Assembly: GCA_963808975.1 (NCBI GenBank)
Contig: CAWEHR010000008.1
Location: 114,493-178,492, forward strand
Source: an uncultured Gammaproteobacteria bacterium
GTDB taxonomy: Bacteria; Pseudomonadota; Gammaproteobacteria; Pseudomonadales; JAHEGP01
Direction of reading: 5' to 3'
DNA: 64,000 nt
Part shown: one piece after another, positions 9,111 through 19,619 of the stretch
Layout: each line of letters starts with the position of its first letter
Numbering within the stretch: the first letter of the stretch is position 1
Notes under the pieces: generated by a model
What the model saw: the letters and a program-made list of their open reading frames with translations, nothing else
What the model was told of the DNA's origin: nothing
The model's database searches: none
Program-made: the position numbers and the translations under genes

Positions 9111-12100
9111 TCACTCGGTTTCGACGGTATAGAATAAATCCAGGCTGCTGCTGCGCGCACTCGACCCGACTTCGGCATACATGGTGCGGAGAATCCGGTA
9201 GCGGGTAATGAAGGCACTTTCCCCGGTTTTGGTATCGACTCTGACGCCTACGGTCAGGTCCTTGGCAATTTCACGCTCCAGGGACAGTGACGCGCCCTCC
9301 CGCGCGGGCTTACCTGCCACCAGGTACGATATCCGGTCGTTCTCGGACATGGACGGTGAGGAAAACGTTTTCACTGTGATGCGACGGGCAGTGCCCAGGG
9401 CGTCTACACCCACCTGTACATCGCTGATCTGGCGGGTAGCCCTGATGTTGATACCCGGGTTATCAATCGGGCTGTTGGCATAGGACAGCATGCCCCGCTC
9501 AATTTCGAGGCGCTGCCCGTATGCCCTGAAGGTGCCCTCCTTGACCCGCACATCGCCGGTGGCCAGCAGGGGTCTTGACGGTTTGCCCTTAAGCCGCAGC
9601 TTGCCCTCGATGTAGCCGTCGAACCCCAGCGCCGAGACACTGACCTCGTCGCTCAAGCTGACTTCGATATCGGTGGCGACCAGCGCAGTGGATTCGACTT
9701 CGCGGACCGTGCCGCCGTCGCGTATTACCACCACGTCGCTGGACGGGGTGATGGCGCCGGCCGGGAGGTCGCGAATGGTGATGTCCGCCCTGGGCACCGC
9801 AATCATTCCCGTCAGCGAAAAGCCATCGGAACCGTGCTGGATCTTCAGGTCCGGGCTGATATAGACCTGCAGATTCGGTAGGTCGGTCAGTGCAAAGTCG
9901 TCGCCGGCCAGCGTCAAATCGAGCGGCCAGGATTGTTGGGCACTGAGGCCGAGCTTGCCATCGATGCCAACGCGTCCGCCAGAGACGATATTGCCGTCAA
10001 ACAGCAAGCGGGTGCCGTCAGCCCTGATGTTGACGACTGCCTCGCCGATATCCCAGCCGATTTGTTCAACTTGCAGCCGGCTCACGTCGACTGTGGACTT
10101 GCCCCGAAGCAGCGGCTCACCGACTCGCCCGGCAACCTCGAAATCGACATCGGCCGTGCCCTTGATTGCAGTCACCGCCGGCACCAGCGACGCGATCAGT
10201 TCCAGGTCAGGTGCGCTGAGTTGCAGCTTGCCCTCCAGCCGGGCCTGGTTCTTGTCAGCGACAGCAAGCAGGTCGGGCAGCCGGGCACTCGCATCCAGCC
10301 TCATGTTGCCCACCTGTGAACGTATCCAGCCCTGCACGCCCTTGTCCTTTGTCGACACGTCGAGCTCCGCTCCCTGGTGGTCCAGACGCAGGACTTTGCC
10401 GGCCGTGTCCTGCACCACCAATTCGCCGGCAGATACGCGGGCCTTTATCCGGGCATCGATATTGCCCTGTTGTTCCAGCTTGCCCTCAGCCGACAGCTTG
10501 CCGCCGACCTGGCTGATGGTATCCGGTAGATACTCGGCAAATTGCGCCAGTGAAAGATTGCTCAGCTCAAACTTGCCACTGGTTTTACCCTGTGCGCGCC
10601 ACTCGCCTGCGGCACACAGTGATGCCCCCTCGCGCTGGCGCAGACAAAACGGCTTGGCCCCTGCGGATGTAGCCGAGGCGGTCAGGGCAAACGGTTTTTG
10701 CAGGCGCCAGTCACCCACAGGACTGGCTACCAGGGACAGCTGTTGCAGCGCACCGCTCCACAGCGCATCGGCGTAGCCACCCTGTGCTTCCAGCATCAAC
10801 TCAGCCGCCGCCGGGGCATCGTCGGGCTGGCTCACCGCCAGGCGGATACCGTGCTCGCGAACATAGCCGGTGAGCTTAAGTTGCAAGGCTTCGATGGGCT
10901 GGTTGGCTATGACCAGCTCGGAGCCATCGAGAGTAACGGATGAGGGATTTTTATCCTGCAGGTCAAGGTTGATATCCGCCGCCAGCCGCGATATGTCCAG
11001 TCCATCGTAGTTGACCTCATCCGCTGTCAGTGTGGCACGGATAGTCGGTGCGTTGAGCGGGCCGGTGAGCTCGCCCTGGGAGGCCAGCCTGCCCCCCGCT
11101 TCGGGCAATAGGTCCTGCACCTTCGGTACCTGCAGCGACCACTGCAGGTTCGAGTTTGTGCCGAGTATGCCGCTGGCTTTCGCGCTGGCACTGCCCACGG
11201 CGATTTGTACACGGCGAACGTCGGTTTGGGCGCCGTCGTGATTGATTTCACCGCTGCCCGTTACCGTCTGGTCATTGAGGGTGCCGGCTATGTTTTCCAA
11301 CACCAGCTGCAGGCTTGACCCGCTGTCATCGATGAGTCCCTCGCTGGTGGCGGTGAATGCAAGCGAGGTGTCGAGCTCGGGTACCAGGCTATTGGCCTGC
11401 AGGCCTGCGCCCCTCGCGCTCAGCGACCAGCGGGTAGCGGGCGCCCATGCGAAAGTTCCTTCGGCCTCCACCGTACCCTGGAGCAATTGCCCCTTGAGCG
11501 CCTGCAACTCGACGCCCTGCTGGTCGCCGGTGCCGGCCAGTTGCCATTGGCCATCGGGAATGCCGGGCATGGCCACTTGCACACCGGCAGTAAAGCGGTA
11601 GTCATCCAGGCTGCCTTCAACCGCCAGCTTGCCTTCGCTGCTGCTGAACGCCGCCTGGCCAAGCAGCGGCCACTGCAGGTCGCTCCAGTCACCGGTCACA
11701 TTCAGGGTTTCGTCAGCGGCCATTTCACCCTGCAGCGACAGGCGCATAGGCGACTCGTGGCGCAGCAGGTCCAGCTTCTCCACGCGGGCAGAAAGCTCCT
11801 GCAGATCCGCCTCGCCCTCGATGAGCATCTGGATCTGGTGGTATTGTGCGATTTCGCTCCTGGTTTCCAGTTGGCTGCTGAGCTGGGTCCTGGGCCAGTC
11901 TCCGGAGCTGACCAGGCTGCCCTCGATAGTGACCGGTGCTGACATGCCAAGCAGGGAGGAAGGTAGCTCGACAAGGCGTATCTGGCCCGTCCACGCCGGC
12001 TCCACCAGCGGTCTGCGCAGGTTCAGGCTGAGCCCGGCGCTGGCAGCACCGCTGAGGATCTGCTCGAGTTGCAGGCTGTGGCGATTGCCGACAATGCTGC

Positions 12101-12764
12101 CCTTGAGGTCAAACTGCTTGTCGCCTGCCAGCATCATTCGCAGTTGGTTGTTGATATTCACCACGTAATCGCCGGTCGGGTTGACCTGGCCGCTGATGGC
12201 GGCTTCATAGTGGGTGCCGCTTGCCTCCAGGCTTTCGATGGTAATGCCCGTGCTGTCCCAGCGGGCGACCAGCGCAGCAGAGTCGATCTGGATCGGCTCG
12301 GCATCCGGCGCGGTTAACAGGGATACGTCGTCGATCACCAGTTTGCGAATAACGATGTCGAGTGGCAGTTTAAGGTTGGGCAGTTCGATGGGCCATTGCA
12401 GCGGCTCGGCGGGGGCTTGCTCCACCTCCACGTCCACCTCCCTGCCACTATAGTCCAGGCCACTGGCCGACAACTCATCCAGCAGCAGTTCGCGCTCAAG
12501 CAGCCTCATCGGGGACCAGTTCAGCAACAGGCGCTCAATTTCTATCTGCCCCGACTCCCACTCGAGTTTGAGTTGTTTGAGCTCGAGACGGCCCAGCAGG
12601 TCACCCTCGCTGCTACCAATCGTCAGCCCCGGGGCCATGGCGTCAAGCTGCCGCAGCAGGGTTCGGGTGCCGCTATCGCTCCCCAGCAGCCAGCCCGCCG
12701 CTACCAGCAGTAGCAGTACCATCAGCAAAACTGTGCCCAGGGTCCAGGCTATTGCGCGCTTCAC
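9111..12764 (-). CDS. tamB: translocation and assembly module subunit TamB (AsmA/DUF490-like)
   Basis: 1217 aa. It has a single N-terminal TM anchor (WTLGTVLLMVLLLLVAAGWLL) and a long beta-rich periplasmic body. It is coupled by a GTGA start/stop overlap to the upstream Omp85-family gene. Confidence 0.82.
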   Translation of the reverse strand: MKRAIAWTLGTVLLMVLLLLVAAGWLLGSDSGTRTLLRQLDAMAPGLTIGSSEGDLLGRLELKQLKLEWESGQIEIERLLLNWSPMRLLERELLLDELSASGLDYSGREVDVEVEQAPAEPLQWPIELPNLKLPLDIVIRKLVIDDVSLLTAPDAEPIQIDSAALVARWDSTGITIESLEASGTHYEAAISGQVNPTGDYVVNINNQLRMMLAGDKQFDLKGSIVGNRHSLQLEQILSGAASAGLSLNLRRPLVEPAWTGQIRLVELPSSLLGMSAPVTIEGSLVSSGDWPRTQLSSQLETRSEIAQYHQIQMLIEGEADLQELSARVEKLDLLRHESPMRLSLQGEMAADETLNVTGDWSDLQWPLLGQAAFSSSEGKLAVEGSLDDYRFTAGVQVAMPGIPDGQWQLAGTGDQQGVELQALKGQLLQGTVEAEGTFAWAPATRWSLSARGAGLQANSLVPELDTSLAFTATSEGLIDDSGSSLQLVLENIAGTLNDQTVTGSGEINHDGAQTDVRRVQIAVGSASAKASGILGTNSNLQWSLQVPKVQDLLPEAGGRLASQGELTGPLNAPTIRATLTADEVNYDGLDISRLAADINLDLQDKNPSSVTLDGSELVIANQPIEALQLKLTGYVREHGIRLAVSQPDDAPAAAELMLEAQGGYADALWSGALQQLSLVASPVGDWRLQKPFALTASATSAGAKPFCLRQREGASLCAAGEWRAQGKTSGKFELSNLSLAQFAEYLPDTISQVGGKLSAEGKLEQQGNIDARIKARVSAGELVVQDTAGKVLRLDHQGAELDVSTKDKGVQGWIRSQVGNMRLDASARLPDLLAVADKNQARLEGKLQLSAPDLELIASLVPAVTAIKGTADVDFEVAGRVGEPLLRGKSTVDVSRLQVEQIGWDIGEAVVNIRADGTRLLFDGNIVSGGRVGIDGKLGLSAQQSWPLDLTLAGDDFALTDLPNLQVYISPDLKIQHGSDGFSLTGMIAVPRADITIRDLPAGAITPSSDVVVIRDGGTVREVESTALVATDIEVSLSDEVSVSALGFDGYIEGKLRLKGKPSRPLLATGDVRVKEGTFRAYGQRLEIERGMLSYANSPIDNPGINIRATRQISDVQVGVDALGTARRITVKTFSSPSMSENDRISYLVAGKPAREGASLSLEREIAKDLTVGVRVDTKTGESAFITRYRILRTMYAEVGSSARSSSLDLFYTVETE

Positions 12765-14563
12765 AGTGCTGCTCCAAAACCGAGGTGCAACATGGCGTCC
12801 GAAAATTGCAGGTCCTCGTCACTGACCGGCCAGGCAAAATCCACCCGCACGCTGCCAAATTCCATCAGCCAGCGAAAACCGACCCCGGCGCCGACATTGA
12901 TATCGTCCATTGATTCGTTGAAAGCGTTACCGGCGTCAACGAACCCCGCGAGTACCCAGTGTCGTTTGATCCGATGGTCATATTCGCCGCTCACCACCAA
13001 CAGATTTCTGCCACCGGTCACATTCCCGTTGTCATCAAGCGGACCCAGCGACTTGTACTCGAATCCGCGAATAGAACTGTCGCCGCCCGCGAAGTATCGC
13101 AATGAAGTGGGGTATTTTTCGAAGTTCTCAACCCACGCAGCCCCAATCTCGCTGGCCAGCCTGAAGCGCCCCTGCTTGCCCATGGGCAACAGGTATTTGC
13201 CGGCAACCCTGAGGCGTGCGTAGCTGGTATCCGACAGGATCGCACTGCTGGCCCCGCGCAACTCGTATTCGAGGCTGCGCCCGGTTTGCGGGAACAGCTT
13301 GAACTTGAGCTCGGTGAAACGGCGGGAGAAGCCAAGGGATAGCAGTCGGGTTTTCTCGGTCGGGTCATCACCGACTTCGTAGCGCTCGTCCCGGTATTCC
13401 AGGAATGCCTTGTAAAAATTCCTGTCGTCGATGCTGCGTCGTATGAAGGCGAATTCACCGCTCAGGGTGCGGCGGTTGGTATCGTTTGTCACCTCGCGCT
13501 CGAGTTCCGCGCTGGTGGAGAAACGATCGGTAACCGGATTGTTGACGGGAATATAGTAGGCCCCCCGCAATGTACTCAACACCGGTGACAATCTCAGGAA
13601 GGCATCTGCCTGGTGGCCTGCGGAGTTGATGAGACGCTGATTCCAGCGCGCGGATATGCGCGGCCCGACGTCGGTCTCGTAGCCAATGCCGATGGAGTAG
13701 CGGTTGGGTTTAACCGGTTCCATGATCACCGAGATCGGTACCTGGCCGTTCTCGGCGTTATCGAAGTCCGGTGCAACGGTGACCACCGATGCCCAACTGG
13801 TCAGCTGCAGACCCTGCTGGAAAGTGATTACGTCGCGCAGGTCGTAAGGTTCGCCCGGTTGCAAGCTGACGGTTCGCTCCAGTAGCTCCGGGTCAAGAAA
13901 ATCCTGCTCGAAGCTGACATCACCGTAGAAATAGCGGGGCCCGGTGTCTATGGTCAGCCTGATTGCTGCAGTGTTCGCATCCGGGTCTACCAGAACCTCG
14001 TGATCGACCGCCTGTGCCCTCACATAACCCATGTTTTCCGCACTGCGAATCAGGCGGGCCTTGGCGCTTTCATAGCGCTCGTGATCGAGCCGGTCCCCCA
14101 CCTTAAGGCGGAACTTTTCGAGTTTCGCTACCAGTTTCGGCATATCAGCGCCGTCACCTGTATATTTCAACTCGAGGCTACTCACCCGTACCGGTTCGCC
14201 CCGCTGGATCTTGTAGTTGGCGAACCAGCGGCCGTCGCGTTGTTCCAGCTCGCTGCTGACCTCCACGTTGTAATAACCGAAGGGCTCCAGGGCGGTGCGA
14301 ATCTCCCCGGAAGCATCCTCGTGCAGTAGCTGCACCCAGCGGTCGCTGAGTTCCTCGTCCTGCTGGCGCTGGAGCAGGCTGATGTGCGCGCGCACGTTAT
14401 CCATCTGCGCCCCTTTGACGCCGGTGATGGTCACATCGACGGTCTCCGCAGCGCCAACGCGTGCACCGCCGAACAGGATCAGGAGCAGGAGAAGGGCAGT
14501 CCAGCGTCCGCGCGCGTTCAAGTAAGCCCTGGGTCGGGATTGGGGGGGTGAGTGGCTGCGCAT
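12761..14563 (-). CDS. tamA: outer-membrane Omp85-family protein TamA
   Basis: 600 aa. It has a signal peptide (WTALLLLLILFGGARVGAA), a POTRA-like N-terminal region and a C-terminal surface-antigen barrel. It is paired with tamB. Confidence 0.85.
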   Translation of the reverse strand: MRSHSPPQSRPRAYLNARGRWTALLLLLILFGGARVGAAETVDVTITGVKGAQMDNVRAHISLLQRQQDEELSDRWVQLLHEDASGEIRTALEPFGYYNVEVSSELEQRDGRWFANYKIQRGEPVRVSSLELKYTGDGADMPKLVAKLEKFRLKVGDRLDHERYESAKARLIRSAENMGYVRAQAVDHEVLVDPDANTAAIRLTIDTGPRYFYGDVSFEQDFLDPELLERTVSLQPGEPYDLRDVITFQQGLQLTSWASVVTVAPDFDNAENGQVPISVIMEPVKPNRYSIGIGYETDVGPRISARWNQRLINSAGHQADAFLRLSPVLSTLRGAYYIPVNNPVTDRFSTSAELEREVTNDTNRRTLSGEFAFIRRSIDDRNFYKAFLEYRDERYEVGDDPTEKTRLLSLGFSRRFTELKFKLFPQTGRSLEYELRGASSAILSDTSYARLRVAGKYLLPMGKQGRFRLASEIGAAWVENFEKYPTSLRYFAGGDSSIRGFEYKSLGPLDDNGNVTGGRNLLVVSGEYDHRIKRHWVLAGFVDAGNAFNESMDDINVGAGVGFRWLMEFGSVRVDFAWPVSDEDLQFSDAMLHLGFGAAL

Positions 14564-14646
14564 GGGTTTTATTATCGATTGGCTTCCGGGCAGAGGGCTG
14601 GCGCTAGTCTACCGTTGATTGGAACAAGTTACAGCCCACCCGCCTA

Positions 14647-15344
14647 AACACAGGCGACGCTTGGCTCCCTGGCTACTATGGTAGCATTGCGGCGGCGGTA
14701 GCATTGCTTGACGCCGGCGGTTTTCCCCACGCGTGCGCTCATCACTGCGACGTGACCAGCAACGACCGATTGCAGAAGCGCTGCGACATTTTTCCGCCCA
14801 TGCCGGGGGGCGAATGGACCTGCTGGTCAACAATGCGGGGGTATTGTCGTCCGGAAAATTCGAGGAGCTGGACCCGCAGCAGTACGAGCGCATAGTGGCG
14901 GTCAATATCAAGGGGCTGACCAACGTCCTCCACGGGGCATTCCCCCAACTCAGACAAACACCCGGGGCAACCGTTGTAAACCTTTGCTCTGCATCGAGCA
15001 TCCATGGGGTGCCGCTGTTGGCGGTCTACCGCGCGTCCAAATTTTACGTCAACGGTTTGACCGAGGCCCTGAATATCGAATGGGCCGAGTACGACATCCG
15101 GGTTACCTCGATCAAGCCACCGGTCGTCGACACCTCCATGGGCCATCAGTTGAACTCCCAATTGGCCGAAAAGACCGGCTCACATCTGAGTCCGGAATTT
15201 GTTGCAGCAGCGGTGCAGCGCGCGGCCGAGGGTGGGCGCAGCGGCTATTTTGTTGGTGCGCTGACCACCATCTGGTCTTTGCTGGATCGGGTATTGCCGG
15301 ATGTTGCCCGCCGCAGACTGACGCGTTACCTGACCGGCTACTGA
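14647..15344 (+). pseudogene. decayed short-chain dehydrogenase/reductase (N-terminal Rossmann part deleted or frameshifted)
   Basis: The 14733-15344 ORF has a GTG start. It holds the SDR core from ...DLLVNNAG through the catalytic S and YRASK, but lacks the TGxxxGxG NAD(P) motif. A different frame upstream (14608-14770) carries remnants (..TGDAW..GSIAAAVALLDAGGF..CDVTS). Only about 170 bp separate the ORF from the tamA start. Confidence 0.55.
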
Positions 15345-15438
15345 AGGGTGATGGCGTGTTCACGTCGACTCGTTTATCCCGGCTTGATGCGCACCGCGAT
15401 GCTTGAGCCGGGGCTGGCCAGCCTGCCGCTACGGCGCG

Positions 15439-17226
15439 CTACGCTTTTTTCTCGTGTTCATCGGGTGGTACCAGCGCCAGTACCGTCCAGCCCGCGCTGA
15501 TCGTCGGTTCCGAGGAGTCGGTGAAGGGCCTCAGGTTACCATCATGGTCGACTCCGAACAGCAATATCGTCTGCTTCTGCTTTTCCGCCTGATAGGCGTC
15601 GAAGGTAAACTCTCGCGTGATTGGGGTGGCTTTTACTTCCGCGCCCTGGGCGATCAGGCTCGAGAGCTTTTGCAGGCTGACATTGTTTCCGAACAGGCGC
15701 GGAACACGATATTTTTGCTCGACCCGCTGCTTGTCAGTGGCGTCTTTTTCCCGGGCGTTGAGCAGGGTAAAAACGCGCCTGTGCCCGAACTCGATCCGGT
15801 ATTTCATGCAGGCCAGGGTATTGAGCTCGGGGCGCCTCGACATCGCCAGCAGTCGCCCGATACCGGCCAGTTCCAGATGCTGGTCGGCATGGGCCGAAAC
15901 CGGGTTGCCATAGTATGTTTCCAGGCCCTCCATGCGCGCCGCCTGCAGTTCAGACCAGGTAGTGTCGGTGAGCTTGACCCTGAAACCCTGTTCGAGCAGT
16001 GCCTTGCCGATACTCCTGGCGACGGAGTTGGCACCGATGATAAGGACGCCTTTGGGCTCTGCTTCCATCAGGCCGAGCAACCGTGCCACGGGTCGTGCGG
16101 TAAAGCTCTGCATAACCACGGTGACCAGGATGACGAGGAAGGCCAGGGGCACGAGCAAATAAGCATCCGCGTAGCCTGCAGCCAGCAGCCTTTCCGCAAA
16201 CACCGAGGATACCGATGCCGCGACGATACCCCGGGGGCCGACCCAGGATACCAGTGCCTTTTGCTGCCAGCTGTAGCCGCCACGTGCCATGGCCGCCCAC
16301 ACCACCAGGGGGCGGGCCAACAGCACCACCATTAGAACGGTGACTCCCTGCCAGCCTGTGGCAACGATATCAGCGGGATTCAAACGGGCCCCAAGCACGA
16401 TAAACAGGGCAGAGATGATCAGAATCGACAGGCTTTCCTTGAAACTGAGGATTTCGCTCACATCCAGGTTGCGGGCGTTCGCCATCCAGATGCCCATCAC
16501 CGTGACAGCCAGCAGTCCTGACTCATGGGCGATGTACTCGCTGATCGCAAATGCCATCACCACGGCCGACAGGGTGACCACATTGCGCAGGTACTCGGGT
16601 ATCCAGTGTCGGCGGATGGCAAAGGCCAGGGCCGCACCTGCGGCAATGCCGGCGCAGAATCCAGCAACCACACTGCGCACGATGATCAGGTAAGACGCAT
16701 CGGCGATGATAACCTGATAGACCAACACTGCCAGCAGTGCGCCGACAGGATCGATAAGGATACCTTCCCAGCGCAGGATCTGGCTGACCTCATCCTTGGC
16801 CCGCATGGTGCGCAGCAACGGATTAATGACCGTGGGGCCGGTTACCACCATCAATGCGGCGAACAACAGGGCGAGGCTGGCTGATAATTCGGCCAGCAGC
16901 CAGCAACCGGCGGCGATGAGCAACCAGTTGAGCAGTGCCCCCCAACTCACCAGGTTCCTGACAGCGGCACCGTGGCCGCGCAGGTCTGTAAACTTGAGTG
17001 TCAGTCCGCCCTCGAACAACACCACGGCCACTCCCAGCGATATCATCGGGAACAGCAAATCACCAAACACTTCATCGGGGTTCAGCAAGCCGGACACCGG
17101 TCCTACTGCAATGCCGATAGCGAGCAGGGCGAGTATGGATGGCAGGTTGAGGCGCCATGAAAGCCACTGGGCGGCGCTGCCCAGCACAATGATTCCGGCG
17201 AGGATAAACAGCAAGTTTTCGGTCAT
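15439..17226 (-). CDS. cation:proton antiporter (Na+/H+ exchanger family) with C-terminal RCK/TrkA-N-like domain
   Basis: I trimmed the start from 17508 to ATG 17226 (MTENLLFILAGIIVLG...). The multi-TM exchanger domain is followed by a Rossmann-like segment (VLIIGANSVARSIGKALLEQGFRV). Confidence 0.85.
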   Translation of the reverse strand: MTENLLFILAGIIVLGSAAQWLSWRLNLPSILALLAIGIAVGPVSGLLNPDEVFGDLLFPMISLGVAVVLFEGGLTLKFTDLRGHGAAVRNLVSWGALLNWLLIAAGCWLLAELSASLALLFAALMVVTGPTVINPLLRTMRAKDEVSQILRWEGILIDPVGALLAVLVYQVIIADASYLIIVRSVVAGFCAGIAAGAALAFAIRRHWIPEYLRNVVTLSAVVMAFAISEYIAHESGLLAVTVMGIWMANARNLDVSEILSFKESLSILIISALFIVLGARLNPADIVATGWQGVTVLMVVLLARPLVVWAAMARGGYSWQQKALVSWVGPRGIVAASVSSVFAERLLAAGYADAYLLVPLAFLVILVTVVMQSFTARPVARLLGLMEAEPKGVLIIGANSVARSIGKALLEQGFRVKLTDTTWSELQAARMEGLETYYGNPVSAHADQHLELAGIGRLLAMSRRPELNTLACMKYRIEFGHRRVFTLLNAREKDATDKQRVEQKYRVPRLFGNNVSLQKLSSLIAQGAEVKATPITREFTFDAYQAEKQKQTILLFGVDHDGNLRPFTDSSEPTISAGWTVLALVPPDEHEKKA

Positions 17227-17538
17227 GATAGTGTCGGTGTTGCTCGTTGGCGTTTGGTTTATGGAAAACCCGTGGGTTACCGGGCTCCTGCCGCACTGCT
17301 TGGCCCCATGGGCCAGACCCGGCAACGTGTCGATCCTGCTTCGCGGATCTCGTTTCCAGGGCCCAGTGTCCACCTTAACCACCTGCTGACACAAGGGCAA
17401 TGCCGGCGTGCTTGCGGTCAGGATCGGGCACCGACTGTTGCGATTCGAAACTCTTCCCGTTTGGGTTACAATACCGCTCCCACGTGTACCGCAGACCTGA
17501 ACATTCACCTGAAATTTGCCTGCAGGGATTGCCTGTAC

Positions 17539-17558
17539 TACTGTTTATGTGTACAGTA
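17539..17558. promoter_or_regulatory. LexA (SOS) box overlapping a sigma70-like promoter of recA
   Basis: TACTGTTTATGTGTACAGTA matches the gammaproteobacterial CTGT-N8-ACAG consensus, with perfect palindromic arms. It is embedded in TTGCCT (17529-17534), a 17-nt spacer, and TACAGT (17552-17557). It lies 292 nt upstream of the recA ATG. Confidence 0.8.
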
Positions 17559-17849
17559 TACATTGCGACCCGACCTGCTCCGTCTCTAAGCCGGGCTGTC
17601 GTTAAACTGGGAAAGCCGAGTGATGTGTTCGCCGAGTGATGCGCTCATAGTCGGTCGCCATGGATGGCGAATGGGAAGCGCCGTTTCAGAGAAACTGCCT
17701 AACCTGAAGCGTACGCCCCCGTTCATCAGAGCAATCAAACAACAGAGCAACCAAAACAGGCATTGTGCCGACCCGGGTGACTCACACGCAAAATCCACGG
17801 TGTGAGACACGACTGAAACGATATGACACGCCTTCACGGAGATTGACCA

Positions 17850-18905
17850 ATGGACCAGAACAAGCAAAAAGCACTAGACGCGGCACTTGGCCAGATAGAA
17901 CGCCAGTTCGGCAAGGGCTCGGTAATGAAATTGGGGCAGGCGGCCAGGGAGGCCATACCCGCAATTTCAACCGGCTCCCTGGGCTTGGATATCGCCCTGG
18001 GGGTTGGTGGCTTACCAAAGGGTCGCATTGTAGAAATCTACGGTCCGGAGTCGTCCGGCAAGACCACGCTTACCCTGCAGGCGATCGCGGAATGCCAGAA
18101 GCAGGGTGGGAATTGCGCCTTTGTCGACGCAGAGCACGCGCTGGACCCGTCCTACGCTGAAAAACTCGGCGTCGACCTCGACCAGTTGATTGTATCGCAG
18201 CCCGATACCGGGGAGCAGGCGCTGGAGATCGCCGATATGCTGGTCCGGTCCGGAGCCATCGATCTCATCGTCGTCGACTCGGTGGCGGCGTTGACACCCA
18301 AGGCGGAAATTGAGGGCGAAATCGGGGATAGCCACATGGGCCTGGCCGCTCGCATGATGAGCCAGGCAATGCGCAAAATGACCGGCAATATCAAGAATGC
18401 CAACTGCCTGGTGATTTTCATCAACCAGATTCGTATGAAGATCGGCGTTATGTTCGGCAACCCCGAGACTACCACGGGCGGTAATGCCCTCAAGTTTTAC
18501 GCCTCGGTGAGGCTGGATATTCGGCGCATAGGCGCGGTAAAGGAAGGCGACGAGGTGGTGGGTAACGAAACCCGGGTCAAGGTTGTCAAAAACAAAGTGG
18601 CGCCACCGTTCAAGCAGGCGGAGTTCCAGATTCTTTACAACAGGGGAATCAATCGCGCCGGGGAAGTGATCGATCTCGGTGTCAAACTGGGGCTGGTCGA
18701 TAAATCGGGCGCCTGGTATGGCTATAACGGCGACCGCATTGGTCAGGGAAAATCCAACTCCTGCCGCTACCTCGAGGAAAATCCCGAGGTTTTACGGGAA
18801 ATTGAAATGGCTATCCGCCAGCAACTTCTTGCCGTGCCGGACCCCAAGGCAGGCTCCAAGGCAGATAAGCAGGCCGATGCCCTCGAGGAGTCAGTCGAGT
18901 CCTGA
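17850..18905 (+). CDS. recA: recombinase RecA
   Basis: 351 aa. The sequence is unmistakable: [26 protein letters not shown], Walker [10 protein letters not shown], and the L1/L2 regions. Confidence 0.98.
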   Translation: MDQNKQKALDAALGQIERQFGKGSVMKLGQAAREAIPAISTGSLGLDIALGVGGLPKGRIVEIYGPESSGKTTLTLQAIAECQKQGGNCAFVDAEHALDPSYAEKLGVDLDQLIVSQPDTGEQALEIADMLVRSGAIDLIVVDSVAALTPKAEIEGEIGDSHMGLAARMMSQAMRKMTGNIKNANCLVIFINQIRMKIGVMFGNPETTTGGNALKFYASVRLDIRRIGAVKEGDEVVGNETRVKVVKNKVAPPFKQAEFQILYNRGINRAGEVIDLGVKLGLVDKSGAWYGYNGDRIGQGKSNSCRYLEENPEVLREIEMAIRQQLLAVPDPKAGSKADKQADALEESVES

Positions 18906-18922
18906 GTACCTGCCAAGACGCC

Positions 18923-19384
18923 ATGCCAGAAGCAAAAGCCAGTGGCCCAGCGGATATTCGCCGGGCCGCCATCGGTCTGTTGGCGCAACGAGAGCACAGC
19001 CGACATGAACTCGCCGCCAAACTTGGCCGGCGGTTTGTTGACGGCGAGGCAATTGCCCTGCAACTGGACGCCCTCGCTGCCGCCGGCCTGCAGAGCGACC
19101 GGCGCTTCTGCGAGGTGTTTGTGCGCGCCAGGACCCGGCAGGGCCAGGGTCCCCAGCGTATTGGCAGGGAGCTGAACCAGCGGGGGATTGACGAGGCGCT
19201 GCTGCGCGAGATGCTTTGGGAGGCCGGTATCGACTGGCTGGCAAGCCTGCGGGAGCTTTACCGGCGCAAGTTTGAGGGTAGGCCGATACGTGACCCGAAA
19301 GAGCGCGCGAAGCGAATGCGATTCCTGCAGTACCGGGGCTTTGAATTCGATTTGATTCGACAGGTAATGGCCGCCAGTGAATAA
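18923..19384 (+). CDS. recX: RecA regulator RecX
   Basis: 153 aa, starting 17 nt after recA. It has a RecX-like helical-repeat sequence (RRAAIGLLAQREHSRHELAAKL...). Confidence 0.9.
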   Translation: MPEAKASGPADIRRAAIGLLAQREHSRHELAAKLGRRFVDGEAIALQLDALAAAGLQSDRRFCEVFVRARTRQGQGPQRIGRELNQRGIDEALLREMLWEAGIDWLASLRELYRRKFEGRPIRDPKERAKRMRFLQYRGFEFDLIRQVMAASE

Positions 19385-19619
19385 CGCCCGGGTGCCTGAA
19401 ACCGGCGACGCCGCTGCAGCTCTCCAGGCTGCTGGGTATGTCGAGACCGGTTCGGGCGCGCCTTGCGTAACATGCTGGAATATCCTGCAGGATCCACCTT
19501 AACCACAGCAAAATCGTGAAATGTGCAAGATTTATGCGAGCCTGCCGCTACAATGTAAACATTCCAATCAAACCCCAAGTGATAGACGGCGGCGATAGCC
19601 GTTGCAGGAGAACTGTGTA

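Noticed and set aside
17227-17508. Long N-terminal extensions in the ORF track. Examples: the antiporter (94 extra codons), imuA (37), glgC (39), glgP (26), glgA (18), the CBS protein (38), the ABC exporter (37), DUF3365 (54), the repeat protein (40) and malQ (42).
   Set aside because: The extensions lack similarity to the family N-termini. Internal starts give canonical N-termini or signal peptides, usually with an AGGAG-like RBS. I therefore trimmed them rather than treating them as novel domains.
17620-17805. A 61-codon ORF in the recA leader considered as an SOS-induced toxin or peptide.
   Set aside because: It has no hydrophobic or toxin-like character and a weak RBS, and it cannot be assessed without comparative data. 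It is kept only as a remark under the recA-leader finding.
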